Shown here: positions 26,377-38,693 of the stretch, in pieces
How positions within the stretch are numbered: position 1 is the stretch's first letter
How the letters are laid out: each line of letters starts with the position of its first letter
Source: Eukaryota sp. GEM-RC1
Lineage: Eukaryota
Assembly (NCBI GenBank): GCA_040285855.1
Contig: JAUFOQ010000002.1
Location: 2,108,001-2,172,000, forward strand
DNA: 64,000 bases
Reading direction: 5' to 3'
Made by a program: the position numbers and the translations under genes
Notes under the pieces: model-generated
The model's input: the letters and a program-made list of their open reading frames with translations, nothing else
Database searches by the model: none
Told to the model about the DNA's origin: nothing

Positions 26377-28709
26377 CTACAACGATACTTTACGAAAACT
26401 CTTTTCAACATTAACAACATTAGCTGTAATAAATAGTTTAACAAATTTGCAGGTCAAACAGCTGATCGAAGATGCATACTCATCATCCAGGCTTAGGACA
26501 ATTTTTTTTTATCAAGAAATGACTGTATTTCACTCGCTGTTGTTGTCCTCCTATTTCCATTTAAAGTTCCTTTCTGTTCTTGGTACATCATTTGCAGTCG
26601 TAAAGATCTCTTTGCCTCTCCCATGCCTCCAGAACATGTCACAGACAGCATTAATGGGGTTCCAGTCACAAAGTTTGTCAAAACAATGGATTGCAGTGAA
26701 TAAACGATCGTTTCGTCTGTTTGCATTAAGAACTTCGATACACTTTCCTACTAAATGATGATGAAGAAGTTTAATTAGGGGAGGTGGAAGTGGAAGCTTG
26801 GGAATGACAGTCCCACTGAGAGAACTATCAATAAGGTTAGAATAATCATTAGTCAATCCAATCAAAATAGATTGATTGAAAGAGGATTCTGAAGCAGGTT
26901 CTGATAAGTTAGGTAAACACGCAAACTCTAACAATGAAGACAACAACTTGTTATCAAATGAATGACCAATTCTTTGTTCTAAAACAGAAAGTAATTCGGA
27001 AATAGTGACAGTTTCCCTACTAGAACTTATAATCCAGATTTCCGAAAGCAGGAGAAATAGACGGTCATTATACAAAGCCAAATGACGTGGTGCATTGTCA
27101 ATGTCAAATGAGATAAACAGATTCATCATATTAGAAACTAAACAACTCAATAATGTACTTAGGTTATAAGTTTCATAGTAAGGAACTGTGGAGTCGTAAT
27201 ACTTGTCTCTGCCAGCTTCACCACATGAATAACCACTTAAAGGGAAAGTGAAAGATATTGCCATGAGAACAACATCAACAAATCGTACTTTTGGAAAGGT
27301 TTCACGATATCCTTCCAAAAACAAGCGTCGTTGATTCAAGTAACGAATGACAAGAAACAACAAAAAGACGGTATTCTCAACCTCACATACTTCTTCAAAC
27401 AAATGAATCCAAGATGAATGGATATCTGGAGTAGACCATTCATTACCATAAGGGTGGTTACTGAAACTTTCAATTATGGATAAGAGCATTTCAACAGAAG
27501 ATCTTGATCCTTCTAGTAGCAACTGGCGATGTTCAGGGGCAAGAACATTATCAAGCGAGTCTAGGAATTTTTCAGATATAGGAACACTCCCTTGACAACC
27601 ACCAAGACTGTGATTACTTCTAAGAAATTGAATAGCAGGGGTTGCATACTTGAGGATGACACTGTAGTGGCGAGGAACATGTAAGGAATCAAAATACTCC
27701 AAGTCTAGTTCCAAGTCAGGCTCTTCAAACTTGTCCAAAGGCTGAACTTTCTCATACTGAATCCTTGCAACTGATGAAGAATCACTATAGGTAGTAGGAA
27801 AAACAAGATCTGTGGATATTTTGTAGTTATTCAGAGTGGAGAAAACAACAGTTGCCGCATGCGGATTATTGGCAAGAAATACAGTCCATAAATTACAATT
27901 GTCATCAGAATTGAAAAAGTTCAACACTTCTTCATACTTTTGGACAGTATTTGAAGTAGATGCCAACCTGTAAATTTTAAAAAAAAGCCGGCACTTTGAT
28001 TCATTAATTGCAAACAAAGCGACCATCTTTTCAAAAGGAAGAAAACGATCTTGATGAAAAGAAACATTTGTCCCGTTTTACCATCATACAATTGATCATA
28101 AAACTCTTTCAATCCAAAATCTCCTCTAAAGAAAGCAACTTTACACCTTTGATGGAAAAACAAGTGAACTTTGGAAGAAAACGCATAATAGGAATCATTC
28201 TGACGAACTTCTTCAGCAATGTGGTGAGTTAAACTACCACTTGGTATGAATTTAACCTTGTTTCCGTGTTCATCATTAGGATTGTTCACATCAAGTGCAT
28301 TCCATAGAAGAAGAATGTCTTGATTGAAAGGTGTTGGAAGTTTCTGTGGTTGGTTAACAATCTGAGCTGGTGTATATTGACGCTTAGAATGTGTTTCCGT
28401 CACCTTGTGAGGGAAGAAACGGGAGCGTCTGAAATAGAAGATGAAATATATGTTGTGTTCGTTAAACTTCAAGAAGAAGTTGCGGAACAATCTGTTAACA
28501 GCGACTGCAGAGTAACCTGCTGAGTAATCAGGAACCAGTTGTTCGATGAGATAGGATCGGAATTCATAAGTGTCAACGACGAGGTACAGAGGTTGAGTTT
28601 GGTTAGAACCTATAACACGTTCCTCTAATGCATGCCTGACGTTATGATGAGAACTATCGAGAAGAAAAGGAATCCATTCTTTGGAAAGAATCACAAGAGG
28701 AGACAACAT
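26377..28709 (-). CDS. Array gene copy 3
   Basis: ORFs 27921-28721, 26551-28026 and 26493-26726 are collinear with the other copies. Confidence 0.72.
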
Positions 28710-29878
28710 GAGGTAGTTCAACAGTATTAACTTGACGAAAAGTCGGAGGAGTCTTGAGAAAGGAAAAATTGGGATTTTACTGAAAACAATTTAGAATTCA
28801 ACCTCCAGACAAATTGGGATTTTAGATGACCGGCATGTTGTCTTTGAAACCCGTTGACTGATTGATATATTTTAGGAATTGTTTACTTATAATGTATAGA
28901 TGAAACATTGTAAATTCGGTTTAACGATTGCGTTCTCGTTGCAGAAATTTCAACATTTATAGACAATGATTCTGAAGTACATAGAAACGCTATAACATAC
29001 AACTGAGTCACGAAGTTGTGACGAAATTCAATATTTATATATGATGGTATTGGTCATATACAGCGCCTATCAGCGATAGTTTATTCAAACTTGGCATTAA
29101 TAAAAATCTATCAAATTTGTTCTGTTTTCAGGGTGGAAATAACTGTGGTTTCTTGTGATAACAACATGCAGACCTTAAAACTGGATTTTGATGAAGACAA
29201 ACTCGAAGTCCATTCATTATGGTTAAAGATGATTGGTTTAGTGGAATTGAAATTGAAAAATACGGTTATATCGCTGAACACAAACAATTTGAGTTATCAT
29301 TAAGACAATAATACTCATGTAAATTGGTTTACTTGATGACTCCAAAAATAAATACATAAGACACTAAATGATTTGTAATGTAATAAGTTGGGACTATTGA
29401 TTGAACTGAGCTAATGAAACTACGGACTGGGATTTGACCGTTCAAGCTGAAACAAACAGAGGTGAGCCCAGGTGTAACACTAATCATTTTAGGACGAAAC
29501 GACAAATACACAACATAGTGACCGAATCTAGAACTCAGATAAAACTTCTCTCACAAACGGCAAATACCCACTACTAAAGACTATCAGATTCAAAGATGTT
29601 TACGGCATTGACTTTGTCAGAAGAAAATCCTCTTGTAAAACGGAAGACTATCACTTCAAAAAGAGTACAAGAAAATACATGACTGATCTGTTTTTATGAA
29701 AATAAACAACAACAAACGACTCCCCCTCTAAACTCAAGTTAGAAATGGAAGTAGCAGAAGTTGGTTATTTAATAAATTATGGATCGTCAACATTACATGT
29801 TTTTCATGTATATAGCTAAAGCTCACATGTTTAGTAACTTAATATGAATTTGAAATTGTACCGATTTGCTGTATTGAT

Positions 29879-30481
29879 CAGGCTTCACAAAAGTAGTAAA
29901 GTGCTAAAGTGACTTTATTTTACTTTACTTTAAAGTTTTGAAAAGGTAAAGTAACAGACCTCAAACTTGTTTAGTTTGCCCTCTGAGCACTGCAAATGAC
30001 TCTTTTATACCAGTATAACATGTTCTATCATAGGAACTCAACAAAAACGCAAAACAAAAAACGATGTAAAATTGTTTCTAACAAAAACTTATTCAACCAA
30101 GATCCATTATTCAAACGTCAGGTCACTTCAGCTCACTTCAATAGATCAATCAGTATCTGACAGTTCGAGATTGTCCCCTTTAAAAACAGAAACCAGTTCA
30201 ATTCCGATACACTATTCGTTATGTCTCTTCAGTTTTGGATAACTCTCGACCCATTACCTTCTGGTATCCTTTGTTCGGAGTTGAGTGAAGTCCTGTGTTA
30301 AAGGGAAGCGGAAACTGAATATCTAAACTGAAGAGAGAAAGTTGTGAAAAGAGGATTGAGATCAGGTCAAACTTTATTGACCTTAAAGTAACTTTTAGCT
30401 GAAGTAAAGTAAAGCTTAAAGTAAAGTAAATAACTTTACTTTACTTTAATTTTGAATTTTGGACTACTTTAGTGAAGCCTG
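29879..30481. mobile_element. hAT-like MITE (copy 3, duplicated with the array unit)
   Basis: Same TIRs and GTATTGAT TSD. Confidence 0.9.
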
Positions 30482-30533
30482 GTATTGATCCAATGAAACA
30501 GTTTTAATAGAATTAATAAGTTCAACTTCAGGA

Positions 30534-32868
30534 CTACAACGATACTTTACGAAAACTCTTTTCAACATTAACAACATTAGCTGTAATGAATAGTTTAACA
30601 AATTTGCAGGTCAAACAGCCGATCGAAGATGCATACTCATCATCCAGGCTTAGGACAATTTTTTTATCAAGAAATGACTGTATTTCACTCGCTGTTGTTG
30701 TCCTCCTATTTCCATTTAAAGTTCCTTTCTGTTCTTGGTACATCATTTGCAGTCGTAAAAGATCTCTTTTGCCTCTCCCATGCCTCCAAAACATGTCACA
30801 GACAGCATTAATGGGGTTCCAGTCACAAAGTTTGTCAAAACAATGGATTGCAATAAACAATGGATATTTCCGTTCGTTTGCATTAAGAACTTCTATACAT
30901 TTTCCAATTAAATGATGGTGAAGTATTTTAATAAGGGGGAGGTGGAAGTGGAAGCTTGGGAATGATAGTCCCACTGAGAGAACTATCAATAAGGTTAGAG
31001 TAATCATTAGTCAATTCAATCAAAATAGATTGATTGAAAGTCGACTCAGAAGCAGGTTCTGATAAGTTAGGTAAACACGCAAACTCCAGTAATAAAGACA
31101 ACAACTTGTTATCAAATGAATGACCAATCCTTTGTTCTAAAACAAAAAGTAATTCGGAATCCTTATTATTTTCCTTACTAGTGCTTATAATCCAGATTTC
31201 TGAAAGCAGAAGAAATAGACGGTCATTATACAAAGCCAAATGACGTGGTGCATTGCCAATGTCAAATGAGATAAACAGGTTCATCATATAAGAAAATGAA
31301 CAACTCAAAAATGTACTTAAGTAATAAGTTGTATAAAAAGGAACTGTGGAATCGTAATACTTATCTCTGCCAGCTTCACCAAATGAATATCCACCTAAAG
31401 GAAAGGTGAAAGATATTGCCATGAGAACAACATCCACAAATCGTACTTTTGGAGACGTTTTACGATATCCTTCCAAAAACAATCGTCGTTGATTCAAGTA
31501 ACGAATGAGCAGAAACAACAAAAAGACGGTATTCTCAACCGCACATACTTCTTCAAACAACTGAATCCAAGATGAATGGATATCTGGAGTAGACCATTCA
31601 TTTCCATAAGGGTGGTTACTGAAACTTTCAATTATGGATAAGAGCATTTCAACAGGAGATCTTGATCCTTCTAGTAACAACTGGCGATGTTCAGGGGCAA
31701 GAACGTTATCAAGCGAGTCTAGGAATTTTTCAGAAATTTCAAAATTGTCTTGAGACCGACCAAGACTGTGGATAGTTCTAAGAAATTGAATAGCAGGGGC
31801 GGCATACTTGAGAATGACACTGTAGTGACGACGAGCACCTGGCAGATCGAAGAACCTCAAGTCTAGTTCCAAGTCAGGCTCTTCAAACTTGTCTAAAGGC
31901 TGAATTTTCTCATATTGAACCCTTGCAACTGAAGAAGAATCACTATAGGTAGTAGGAGCAATAAGTTCTGTTGATATTTTGTAGTTATTCAGAGTGGAGA
32001 AAACAATAGTTGCCGCATCCGGATTATTGACAAGAAATGCGGTCCATAATTTAAAATTGTCATCAGAATTGAAAAAGTTCAAAACATTTTCGAACTGTTG
32101 GACAGTATTTGAAGTAGATGTCAACTTGTAAATCTTAAAGAAAAGTCGACACTTTGATTCATTAATTGCAAACAAAGCAACCATCTTTTCAAAAGGAAGA
32201 AAACGATCTTGATGAAAAAGAAACAATTGTCCCGTGTTACCATCATACAACTGATCATAAAACTCTTTCAATCCAAAATCTCCTCTAAAGACAGCAACTT
32301 TACATCTTTGATGGAAAAACAAGTGAACTTTGGAAGAAAAGGCATAATAGGAATCATTCTGACGAACTTCTTCAGCAATGTGGTGAGTTAAACTACCACT
32401 TGGTATGAACTTAACCTTGTTTCCGTGTTCTTTTTTAGGATTGTTCACATCAAGTGCATTCCAAAGGAGAAGAATGTCTTGATTGAAAGGTGTTGGAAGT
32501 TTCTGTGGTTGGTTAACAATCTGAGCTGGTGTATATTGACGCTTAGAATGTGTTTCCGTCACCTTGTGGGGGATGAAAGGGGAGCGTCTGGAATAGAAGA
32601 TGAAATATATGTTGTGTTCGTTAAACTTCAAGAAGAAGTTGCGGAACAATCTGTTAACAGCAACTGCAGAGTAACCTGCTGAGTAATCAGGAACCAGTTG
32701 TTCGATGAGATAGGATCGGAATTCATAAGTGTCAACGACGAGGTACAGCGGTTGAGTTTGGTTAGAACCTATAACACGTTCCTCTAATGCATGCCTGACG
32801 TTAAGATGAGAACTATCGAGAAGAAAAGGGATCCATTCTTTGGAAAGAATCAGATCGGGAGAATCCAT
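30534..32868 (-). CDS. Array gene copy 4, diverged paralog (~777 aa, one indel at ~30935)
   Basis: A 646-aa ORF plus a 157-aa tail ORF. Many substitutions relative to copies 1-3. Confidence 0.8.
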
Positions 32869-34581
32869 GAGTTCAACAGTATCGATTTAACGAAAGACCG
32901 GGGATGTTGGTCTTGAGGAAGGACAAGACATACTACAGTAGTAGTATAATAGTAGAAGTTTGATCAGAAAATTCTGATATCTTGTTTTTAGAATCAAAGA
33001 TCGATTGACTCCGTATGTTGAATACTTGATTGGCAATATGTTGATATTGTAATATGACTTACCAATCATTACCTAACCCAAAACTGCAAATGTATCACAC
33101 TGAAGTGTAGAAGATGAAGATGAATACAAGTATGGTATTTTTAAATAGTTCATACATATTTGATGAGTGTAATAAAATTTGCAATATTGACCAATATATT
33201 GGAGCCAATACGATAGTGCTTACAATCTAAAGACTGCTGTTGTAGTGAAGAAGTCTCTTTGTTGTCAACTGCTGTTTGAGGTGTGTAAAATACTTCAAAT
33301 ATGACTTTGTTATCAGGCATATCGAAATAAAGTTGTCAACTACACCACTTCCGAAAATACAAACATTACAAAAACACTTAAATTCAAAGATAGTCTCATT
33401 TTGATTTTGATTTTTTTGGAGAATTACAGCTCTATATCATCACTCAATATCAGCGATGATCAGTTTTGAGTCCTAGTCGGTCGTCAGATTCTGTATTTTG
33501 GTTTCTCACTAACATTGTGTGTTTCATCTTTTGCACAGTTAATCTCAAGTTCTTTCTCAAATTGGTGTCTTTAAGCAAATGTTTATAAAAGACGGAAAAA
33601 CATAAACTATTAAAATATTAACTATGAAACACTGCGCGTGCACAGTATCACAAGTTCTTCTACTTCTTAGTGATAAATAATTGATATAATAGATTTAGGT
33701 ATCGATCGGAACAGGAAAATATCAAACAGTTTTAACAACTTGATAAATCGTTTGATTGTGAATTTTGATCATGTAAACGAAACCATTCAGTAGTTTGACC
33801 TTTCATTAAGGATATATAGAATTTGCAATACTGGCAATTTATTGGTATTGGAAAGGATCCGAACAATCAATCTATAGTGGTATTGAGTGGCAATAGTCTA
33901 TTGGCAATCCAATATTCGGTATTCCTGTCTATGACACACTTACTATCTTCTGGTTATATAGCGCTGATTTAGCACTACTGAACCAATAAAAAATTCGTTT
34001 TAACGTGTTGTTTAAGAATGTCCGTCAATTTTGATTCTGGTCGTGTGGTAATTTATCTTGATAACTAATTGTTTTATTCACAGCTAGCAAACGGACCCTC
34101 ATTTGCAAAGAAGATTCTGAGTGCCATGATATTTTCAAGTTCCTGTATAAAGTTCTAATCAGGGGTGGGAAATCAACACTACAACAAATATCATTTAATA
34201 ATAGCCAACGAATCTTTTATGCAATCATACACCCTACTTCTGTAATATATAAAAGTTTCAATGCAATTTACTGTAAGGTGTTAAAAATTGCCCAAACTGA
34301 CATCTCAGATTATGAAGATTGTCAGGACAAAAATGAACACAAATGCATGTTTTGACTGATCAAGAGTTATCATTAAAAAAGCCACCGTATTATTGAGGGA
34401 TTTGAATAATCAAACATTGATGTTGAGCTGTTAGAATCTTCCAACTTACAATTTGCAAAAGCGTAATTTGTATCTTTGGCCATGTCAAATTCAGATTTTC
34501 TGAGCATTGTAACCGCAGAATTCAACTATCACTAACGTTTTCTGATCTGAAGTCATGGCCCAGACGGACGAAGACAAAAAT

Positions 34582-34671
34582 CAGTGAACGCTAACACGTT
34601 TAAAAATCGAATCTAACACGTGTTAACACGCGTGTTACGTGTCAGGCCGTGTTACGTGTTAGCGTTCACTG
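34582..34671. mobile_element. 90-bp mini TIR element
   Basis: Perfect 18-bp inverted ends CAGTGAACGCTAACACGT / ACGTGTTAGCGTTCACTG and internal TAACACG repeats. Flanks are imperfectly duplicated (CAAAAAT / CATAAAAT). Confidence 0.7.
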
Positions 34672-35186
34672 CATAAAATGCGTCCTGTGTAAACTTAATT
34701 AAAAAATCTACAAAAATTCTAGATATACGTAATCCTTATATTGGTGATGCAGCATCATAATGAAAACTTCTTCTTCATAATTAAGTCATGAATATCACAC
34801 AAAGATACAAATAGCATATGATTGTTCAGGTTTATCCTTAGAAGGATAGAATATAATACTATATTCCGTATTACAAACCGACAGAAGCAACACATGAATC
34901 ACAAATATCACTCACAAAATCAGTCTTTTGTGATGTCTTTAACTTGAGAGTCCCCTAATCGCATAGTTGTAGCTGTTCCAGGATTAAACGAAGTGTCTAT
35001 TATTCTACCAACACAAGACTTGTTACATCCATTGATGAAAAAACCTATTTATGATTGATCAGTGTATGAAGATCGTTTCTTTTTTGAAAATACGTTTTCT
35101 GAAGAAATGTCAAAACTGATTCAATTTTAAAGTGGAAACGGTGTTCTTTGAACAAGGAGCAACAAGAATCTCCGCCATACAATAAA

Positions 35187-37238
35187 TCAAATACGAAAAA
35201 CAACATTAGCTGTAATGAATAGTTTAACAAATTTGCAGGTCAAACAGCCGATCGAAGATGCATACTCATCATCCAGGCTTAGGACAACTCTTTCTATCAA
35301 GAAATGTCTCAATTTCACTTGCAGTTGTTGTCCTTTTTTTCCATTTAAAGTTCCTTTCTGTTCTTGGTATAGTATTTGCAGTCGTAAAAGATCTCTTTTG
35401 CCTCTCCCATGCCTCCAGAACATGTCACAGACAGTATTAATGGGGTTCCAGTCACAAAGTTTGTCAAAACAATGGATTGCAATAAACAATGGATCTTTCC
35501 GTCTGTTTACATTAAGAACTTCGATACACTTTCCTACTAAATGATGATGAAGAAGTTTAATAAGGGAAGGTGGAAGTGGAAGCTTTGGAATGACAGTTCC
35601 ACTGAGAGAACTATCAACAAGGTTAGAGTATTCATTAGTCAATTCAATCAAAATAGATTGATTGAAAGAGGAATCAGAAGCAGGTTCTGATAAGTTAGGT
35701 AAACACGCAAACTCTAATAGTGAAGACAACAACTTGTTATCAAATGAATGACCAATCTTTTGTTCTAAAACAGAAAGTAATTCGGAATCCTGAATATTTT
35801 CCCTACTAGTACTTATAATCCAGATTTCCGAAAGCAGGAGAAATAGACGGTCATTATACAAAGCCAAATGACGCGGTGCATTGCCAATGTCAAATGAGAT
35901 AAACAGATTCATCATATAAGAAACTGAACAACTCAAAAATGAACTTAGGTTATAAGTTTCAATGTAGGGAACGGTGGAGTCGTAATACTTGTCTCTGCCA
36001 GCTTCACCACATGAATAACCACTTAAAGGGAAAGTGAAAGATCTTGCCATAAGAACAACATCCACAAATCGTACTTTTGGAAAGGTTTCACGATATCCTT
36101 CCAAAAACAAGCGTCGTTGATTCAAGTAACGAATGACAAGAAACAACAAAAAGACGGTATTCTCAACCTCACTTACTTCTTCAAACAAATGAATCCAAGA
36201 TGAATGGATATCTGGAATAGACCATTCATTTCCATAAGGGTGGTTACTAAAACTCTCAATTATGGATAAGAGCATTTCAACAGGAGATCTGGATCCTTCT
36301 AGTAACAACTGGCGATGTTCAGGGGCAAGAACGTTATCAAGCGAGTCTAGGAATTTTTCAGATATTTCAAAATTGTCTTGACAACCACCAAGACTGTGGA
36401 TAGTTCTAAGAAATTGAATGGCAGGGGCGGCATACTTGAGAATGACACCGTAGTGACGACGAACACCTGGAAGATCGAAGAACCTCAAGTCTAGTTCCAA
36501 GTCAGGCTCTTCAAACTTGTCTAAAGGCTGAACTTTCTCATATTGAATCCTTGCAACTGAAGAAGAATCACTATAGGTAGTAGGAAAAATAAGATCTGTG
36601 GATATTTTGTAGTTATTCAGAGTGGAGAAAACAACAGTTGCCGCATCCGGATTATTGACAAGAAAAGCAGTCCATAATTTAAAATTTTCATCAGAATTGA
36701 AAAAGTCCAAAACTTCTTCATATTTTTGGATAGTATTTGAAGTAGATGTCATCTTGTACATCTTAAAGAAAAGCCGGCACTTTGATTCATTAATTGCAAA
36801 CAAAGCAACCATCTTTTCAAAAGGAAGAAAACGATCTTGATGAAAAAGAAACAATTGTCCCGTGTTACCATCATACAATTGATCATAAAACTCTTTCAAT
36901 CCAAAATCTCCTCTAAAGAAAGCAACTTTACATCTTTGATGGAAAAACAAGTGAACTTTGGAAGAAAACGCATAATAGGAATCATTCTGACGAACTTCTT
37001 CAGCAATGTGGTGAGTTAAACTACCACTTGGAATGAATTTAACCTTGTTTCCGTGTTCTTTGTTAGGATTGTTCACATCAAGCGCATTCCAAAGGAGAAG
37101 AATGTCTTGATTGAATGGTGTTGGAAGTTTCTGTGGGTTGTTTACACATTCAGAGGGTGTATATCGAGGCTTAGTATAGGTTTCCGTCACCTTGTGGGGG
37201 GAAGAAACGGGAGCGTCTGAAATAGAAGATGAATCCAT
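35187..37238 (-). CDS. Array gene copy 5, intact 683-aa ORF lacking ~90 N-terminal residues
   Basis: Uninterrupted ORF homologous to copies 1-4. Confidence 0.85.
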   Translation of the reverse strand: MDSSSISDAPVSSPHKVTETYTKPRYTPSECVNNPQKLPTPFNQDILLLWNALDVNNPNKEHGNKVKFIPSGSLTHHIAEEVRQNDSYYAFSSKVHLFFHQRCKVAFFRGDFGLKEFYDQLYDGNTGQLFLFHQDRFLPFEKMVALFAINESKCRLFFKMYKMTSTSNTIQKYEEVLDFFNSDENFKLWTAFLVNNPDAATVVFSTLNNYKISTDLIFPTTYSDSSSVARIQYEKVQPLDKFEEPDLELDLRFFDLPGVRRHYGVILKYAAPAIQFLRTIHSLGGCQDNFEISEKFLDSLDNVLAPEHRQLLLEGSRSPVEMLLSIIESFSNHPYGNEWSIPDIHSSWIHLFEEVSEVENTVFLLFLVIRYLNQRRLFLEGYRETFPKVRFVDVVLMARSFTFPLSGYSCGEAGRDKYYDSTVPYIETYNLSSFLSCSVSYMMNLFISFDIGNAPRHLALYNDRLFLLLSEIWIISTSRENIQDSELLSVLEQKIGHSFDNKLLSSLLEFACLPNLSEPASDSSFNQSILIELTNEYSNLVDSSLSGTVIPKLPLPPSLIKLLHHHLVGKCIEVLNVNRRKDPLFIAIHCFDKLCDWNPINTVCDMFWRHGRGKRDLLRLQILYQEQKGTLNGKKGQQLQVKLRHFLIERVVLSLDDEYASSIGCLTCKFVKLFITANVVFRI

Positions 37239-37909
37239 GAGTTCAACAGTATCGATTTCACGAATGACCGTTGTTGGTAGTTTTGAGAAAGGAAAAGTTG
37301 AATAAAATACAACAATGAAATCAGTGAAATTAATGCTACCAGACTGTACATCTGAAAGAAACCAAATAAAGTAGAACTATGATTCTTCTGTGCTTTACCA
37401 AACAACTTACCTAAAATCGAATTAAATTATATGTGCTTGTAACGAAACAGCGCAAATATCAGCCTTCTCAACCAAAACTTTTCGATGAAATCTTTACCAC
37501 AAGCAGAACACAAGTTACCAAAAGAAGTCAAAAATCTTGTGAGGCCAGGGACTTCCCAAAATATAACATGCGGGTCCAAAATTATTTGGAATGCAGAATT
37601 TTATTTATTGGAAGCAATATTAATACTGTTGCGTATATTCTTTATTATTATTTGTTGCATTTCTTCAACTGATAACTCACATGATCTTTAGTAATCATCA
37701 TCAAACTTGACTAGTTTGTGATTAAGCATACTACAGACCAAAACAATGCCTTAAAACTCTCGATTTACGGAAAGAAGTAGTTGACTGGCCAGCAAACAAT
37801 GAAAAGGAATGGAAGAGTCTTTGTAGCCAACCAAATAACTCATAAACTTAGTATGCATTCAATTAAAGTCTCGAGAGTTAGTTAAGGTTGTAAATTTCGT
37901 AAAAAGTGG

Positions 37910-38693
37910 CCGAAAAATATATTGCAATATGTATTGTGCGTTTTAATATTGTAATAAATATATTGTGGTTTGCGAATATTGCAATAATTATATTGATGTT
38001 GACACCCGTTGCAATACCTATATTGCAATATATTGCAATATTTGCAACACTCTACAGAGTCAATAAATTGACGTACACCAGATAGCATTGGTTGTTCTTG
38101 TAAATGAATTGAGTATGATGATTGATTTGTATTGATCTAAAAAAAAGAGTCATTGTTGTATGAAACACATATTAGAGCAAAGTCGGTCCCTTTATGAAGA
38201 GAGATTAATCAACAAATAAAGATTACAGTACCTTACAGAAACAGAGCACCTGTTTAAATTCCAAATCGTTATTCATTTGCTAAACAGATCGGATATAAGG
38301 ACGATGGCAAATGTTGAATTTGGTGGTGTTCTCGTCTTAATGTTAAACAAATGCTTTAGAATAGTTAATAATTCCGTGTTGCTTTTGTTTTTAACCTTTT
38401 TTAATTTAACAAGTGTTTTTGCATCGGAGTTTTGACATGAAGTCATGAAGATTTAGGATAGTTATGTCAATTTGGATCTGCATATGATCGTATATTCAGA
38501 AACGTTGCTGCCTCACAGAGTCTAAGAACACGAAGACCAACTTGTTCTGTGAATAACAGGAGTTTAACTGATGCAATATATTGCACAACATATTGCAATA
38601 ATTTAAGTCTCGCAATAAATATATTGTACTACCGAAACAAGCACAATATGTATTGCAATATAGTGCACTGCAATATATTTTTCGGCATCCCTG
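37910..38693. mobile_element. hAT-like MITE with eroded left tip
   Basis: CCGAAAAATATATTGCA ... TGCAATATATTTTTCGGCATCCCTG. AAAAGTGG occurs on both flanks (37902-37909 and 38694-38701). The terminal CAGGGATG is missing on the left. Confidence 0.72.

Larger units (their letters stand above)
18240..30850. repeat. Three near-identical tandem units of ~4157 bp (gene + spacer + MITE)
   Basis: Equivalent ATGs at 20396, 24554 and 28709. Identical spacer ORFs at 20778, 24936 and 29091. Confidence 0.95.
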
